In this document: positions 61,322-64,000 of the stretch, one piece after another
How positions within the stretch are numbered: the first letter of the stretch is position 1
Layout: each line of letters starts with the position of its first letter
NCBI GenBank assembly: GCA_964654855.1
Contig: CAZZJS010000005.1
Location: forward strand, 68,081-132,080
Origin: an uncultured Rickettsiales bacterium
GTDB lineage: Bacteria > Pseudomonadota > Alphaproteobacteria > Rickettsiales > JALZUV01
DNA: 64,000 nt
Reading direction: 5' to 3'
The notes under the pieces: model-generated
Databases searched by the model: none
Seen by the model: the letters and a program-made list of their open reading frames with translations, nothing else
What the model was told of the DNA's origin: nothing
Made by a program: the position numbers and the translations under genes

Positions 61322-63550
61322 CTAAGCGGTTTTACGCTTTTTAGCTTTTCCTGTTAGCTCTAACACCGCTTCCACGATCGTTTCCTTGCTTGGTAGAGTC
61401 GCTGTTGCAGCCTTGCCAAGCGGAATGAAGGAGTCATCCGCTGCGATGCGTTTTAGTGATGGTAGTGGCGATAGTTTCTCCATCAGTAGTGCCATAAGCT
61501 GTTCACTTAGGCTTCCCGTCACGCGGCATTCATCGACAATTAAAATATGATCACAGCCTTTAACGGCGCTTAAAATAGCCGCTTCATCGAGTGGGGCGAG
61601 CCAGCGTAGGTCAATGATGCGCGATTTTATGCCGTGTTTTGCAGTCAGCGTTTTTTCGGCTTGGCGCGAGAGGTAAGTGCCATTTCCATAAGTGAGGATG
61701 GCCAGCTCCTTGCCTTTGCCATATTGGCCTAATTGCCCGAGTGGGATGTCATCTTGCTGGTAGGTTTCTTCGTAAGTGAAGCTCCACAACTCATCCTTTA
61801 GTTCATGAAGATCGCGCGTCATATACAGCGCGATTGGTTCTAGGAAAATGACCACGCGTTGTTCTTCGCGGGCAAGGCGTACGCATTCGCGTAGCATCCC
61901 CACGGCATCCGCCCCATTGCTAGGGCAGGCGATGATAACACCTGGAATATCGCGCAAAACGGCGAAACTATTATCGTTATGGAAATGCCCGCCAAAGCCT
62001 TTTTGGTAAGCCAGCCCAGCGATACGTACCACCATCGGGTTAGTATATTGGCCTTCGGAGAAGAAGGGTAGGGTCGCCGCTTCGCCGCGCAATTGATCTT
62101 CCGCATTATGTAGATAAGCGAGGAATTGGATTTCCGGAATCGGTAGGATGCCATTTTGTGCCATACCAATGGCGAGGCCAAGAATGGATTGCTCGTCCAG
62201 CAATGTATCAATCACGCGATGCGCGCCGAACTGGTCAAAAAGGCGTGAGGTGACGGAATAGACGCCGCCTTTCTTGCCGACATCTTCACCTGCTAGCACG
62301 ATATTGCCTTGTTCCAGCATTAAATCTGCCAGCGTCCAGTTGATAAGGCGTGCCATATTTTGTGGGCGGGTGATGCGTGATTTATCGGCTTTGAAAAGCT
62401 CGGTGCGTGCGGCATTCGTTGGCTTTTGTAGCGCAGGTAAATCCAGCTTTGGCGGAATGATGGAGGCCATCACTTCCTCAGATGTTTCCAACTTCGGACG
62501 TTTAATGGCGAGTTCAGCTTTGGCTTCTACCTCTGCTTGAATGTTTTGGTAAAGTTCGAGCACTTGGGTATTTGTCATATCGCAATGATCGATAAGGAGC
62601 TGTGCCGAATAAAGCAGAGGATCATGCGCTTCGGTTTCATTAATGGCGTCCATGCTCATATAGACGTGTTGAGCATCCGCTCCGGCATGGCCGAAGAGTC
62701 GGATACAGCGCATATGCAAAAAGGCTGGCATACGGGTTTTGCGAATATAAGCTTCCGCCTCGCGTGCTGTGCGGTAAGTATCCAGCGCATCTAGCCCATT
62801 ACAGGTGAAATATTTAATGCCAGGTTTGTTGCTCATGCTGGCTTGTACCCATCCATCGGGTGTGGCTGTGGAAATGCCGATGCCGTTATCTTCGCAGATA
62901 AAAAGGATGGGCATATGAATCTTTTTATAGGCTGTCCAGCTCGCTGTATTGATGGCGCCTTGCGCGGTGGAGTGATTGAGTGAGGCATCGCCAAAGCTAC
63001 ACATGACGATACTATCGCGCGGCACTTCTCCCTCTTGTTTTAGCCGACGATTAAGGCCGATAGAGCTTGCCATGCCTACTGCTTTGGGCAGATGCGAGGC
63101 GATGGTGCTGGTTTGTGGAGGAACGAAAAGTGGTTTGCTTCCCAATACCTTATGGCGCCCACCAGAGATGGGGTCATCTTTACTAGCAGCAAAGCTGAGG
63201 AGCATATCTTGCGCAATATCAATCGAAGGATCCTTCTTTGCGCGCTCGATAAAGAAGGCCGCCCCGCGATAATGTAGGAAGGCCATATCATCAATACGGA
63301 AGGCACTAGAAATAGCGGCGTTACCCTCATGCCCTGAGGAGCCGATTGTATAGAAGCTCTCACCGCGATCCTTCAATTTGCGCGAAGTATTATCCAAATG
63401 GCGGCTGAGGAACTGGCTCTCCACAATTTGACGAAGCTGCGCGGCTGAGATGCCTGCACTATCAAGGCTAGTGGAATTAGGGGTGGGGAGGTTGCCCTCG
63501 CTCACACGTTTTAGAAAGTTCTCATGAACAATGGTCGCTCTATCTTGCAT
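61322..63550 (-). CDS. Fused E1 alpha/beta 2-oxoacid dehydrogenase (TPP-dependent)
   Basis: YTIGSSGHEG, FGDAS..EDNG TPP motif, GEDVG, DTLLDE, EIQF, GGHFH, DLRWL; start at ATG 63550. Confidence 0.9.
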   Translation of the reverse strand: MQDRATIVHENFLKRVSEGNLPTPNSTSLDSAGISAAQLRQIVESQFLSRHLDNTSRKLKDRGESFYTIGSSGHEGNAAISSAFRIDDMAFLHYRGAAFFIERAKKDPSIDIAQDMLLSFAASKDDPISGGRHKVLGSKPLFVPPQTSTIASHLPKAVGMASSIGLNRRLKQEGEVPRDSIVMCSFGDASLNHSTAQGAINTASWTAYKKIHMPILFICEDNGIGISTATPDGWVQASMSNKPGIKYFTCNGLDALDTYRTAREAEAYIRKTRMPAFLHMRCIRLFGHAGADAQHVYMSMDAINETEAHDPLLYSAQLLIDHCDMTNTQVLELYQNIQAEVEAKAELAIKRPKLETSEEVMASIIPPKLDLPALQKPTNAARTELFKADKSRITRPQNMARLINWTLADLMLEQGNIVLAGEDVGKKGGVYSVTSRLFDQFGAHRVIDTLLDEQSILGLAIGMAQNGILPIPEIQFLAYLHNAEDQLRGEAATLPFFSEGQYTNPMVVRIAGLAYQKGFGGHFHNDNSFAVLRDIPGVIIACPSNGADAVGMLRECVRLAREEQRVVIFLEPIALYMTRDLHELKDELWSFTYEETYQQDDIPLGQLGQYGKGKELAILTYGNGTYLSRQAEKTLTAKHGIKSRIIDLRWLAPLDEAAILSAVKGCDHILIVDECRVTGSLSEQLMALLMEKLSPLPSLKRIAADDSFIPLGKAATATLPSKETIVEAVLELTGKAKKRKTA

Positions 63551-63667
63551 AGAACAGATGTGCCAGCAAAAAATTGCCGAGTCAAACAAGCAGTCACATT
63601 GCGGTTGAGAATCTTATATGAGGAAGAAAAATAGCCCCCGCATATGAGGTGTATCTTTTTGTTTAGA

Positions 63668-64000
63668 CTAAGAAGTCTCATCCTTACCTAAGACAACGAT
63701 CTTGCGGATGTCATCTTTTTGTACGCCGTAAAGAAGGGGCTGTAAGCATTGCTCTAAGATAGTCACGTCATATATTTCTTTCACAAAACCCGTAATACTT
63801 AGAGTGTGGATGACTTCCATAGTTTTGAGGTCGATAATATCGATGCCGCAAATGGCCTCTTCGCTGCGTTTATCAAGCTCGTCTTGTAGAGGGAGCCCAT
63901 CAAACACTTTATCACGCGGGGCCGAGCTACAGACAAATGCATAATTTTTATAAAATCTCAAGCCGCGCAAGAAGCCCGGACGCCAGAGGACTTTTTCGAC
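63668..64000 (-). CDS. TIGR03032/DUF4915-like protein, C-terminal part (5' truncated)
   Basis: Frame open to the window end; PGFLRGL, FDGLPL, CGIDIIDL, EIYDV recalled as typical of this family. Confidence 0.7.
   Translation of the reverse strand, partial: VEKVLWRPGFLRGLRFYKNYAFVCSSAPRDKVFDGLPLQDELDKRSEEAICGIDIIDLKTMEVIHTLSITGFVKEIYDVTILEQCLQPLLYGVQKDDIRKIVVLGKDETS

Noticed and set aside
61322-63550. E1 alpha/beta fusion as a novelty
   Set aside because: Fused E1 proteins are a known, widespread family.
1-64000. CRISPR arrays, transposases, prophage genes, rRNA
   Set aside because: No regularly spaced repeats or recognisable motifs found; nearly all sequence is accounted for by the listed genes.

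Overview
A 64-kb stretch of mostly core chromosome from an alphaproteobacterium. The combination of class I LysRS, short archaeal-type ValRS, petABC, CtrA-like boxes and a lineage-typical prepilin suggests, by inference, a basal Rickettsiales-like lineage that still has purF, purD, argH, lysA, peptidoglycan synthesis and flagellins. Housekeeping content: ispB, petABC, rpmE, murE-murF-mraY-murD-ftsW-murG-murC-murB, ruvC, valS, tRNA-Leu(TAG), argH, lysS, lysA, purF, xseA, purD, uppP, prs-rplY-pth-rplK-rplA-rplJ-rplL-rpoB-rpoC. No transposase, prophage or CRISPR array was seen. Best candidates for new biology: (1) a two-gene cassette at 26580-27541 pairing a secreted 68-aa peptide with two CxxCxxC Cys/Gly/His repeats with a His-motif protein of unknown function (DUF6969-like), a candidate new RiPP or metal-binding peptide system; (2) two giant atypical flagellins, one with a LamG-like domain nested in RTX-type repeats under a consensus sigma54 promoter; (3) four dispersed orphan genes, two apparently paralogous, sharing an OmpR/PhoB-type upstream direct repeat; (4) an in-frame 4-residue deletion in the invariant NADFDGD motif of RpoC, most likely an assembly artefact. 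Family assignments come from motif recognition by eye, not database searches.
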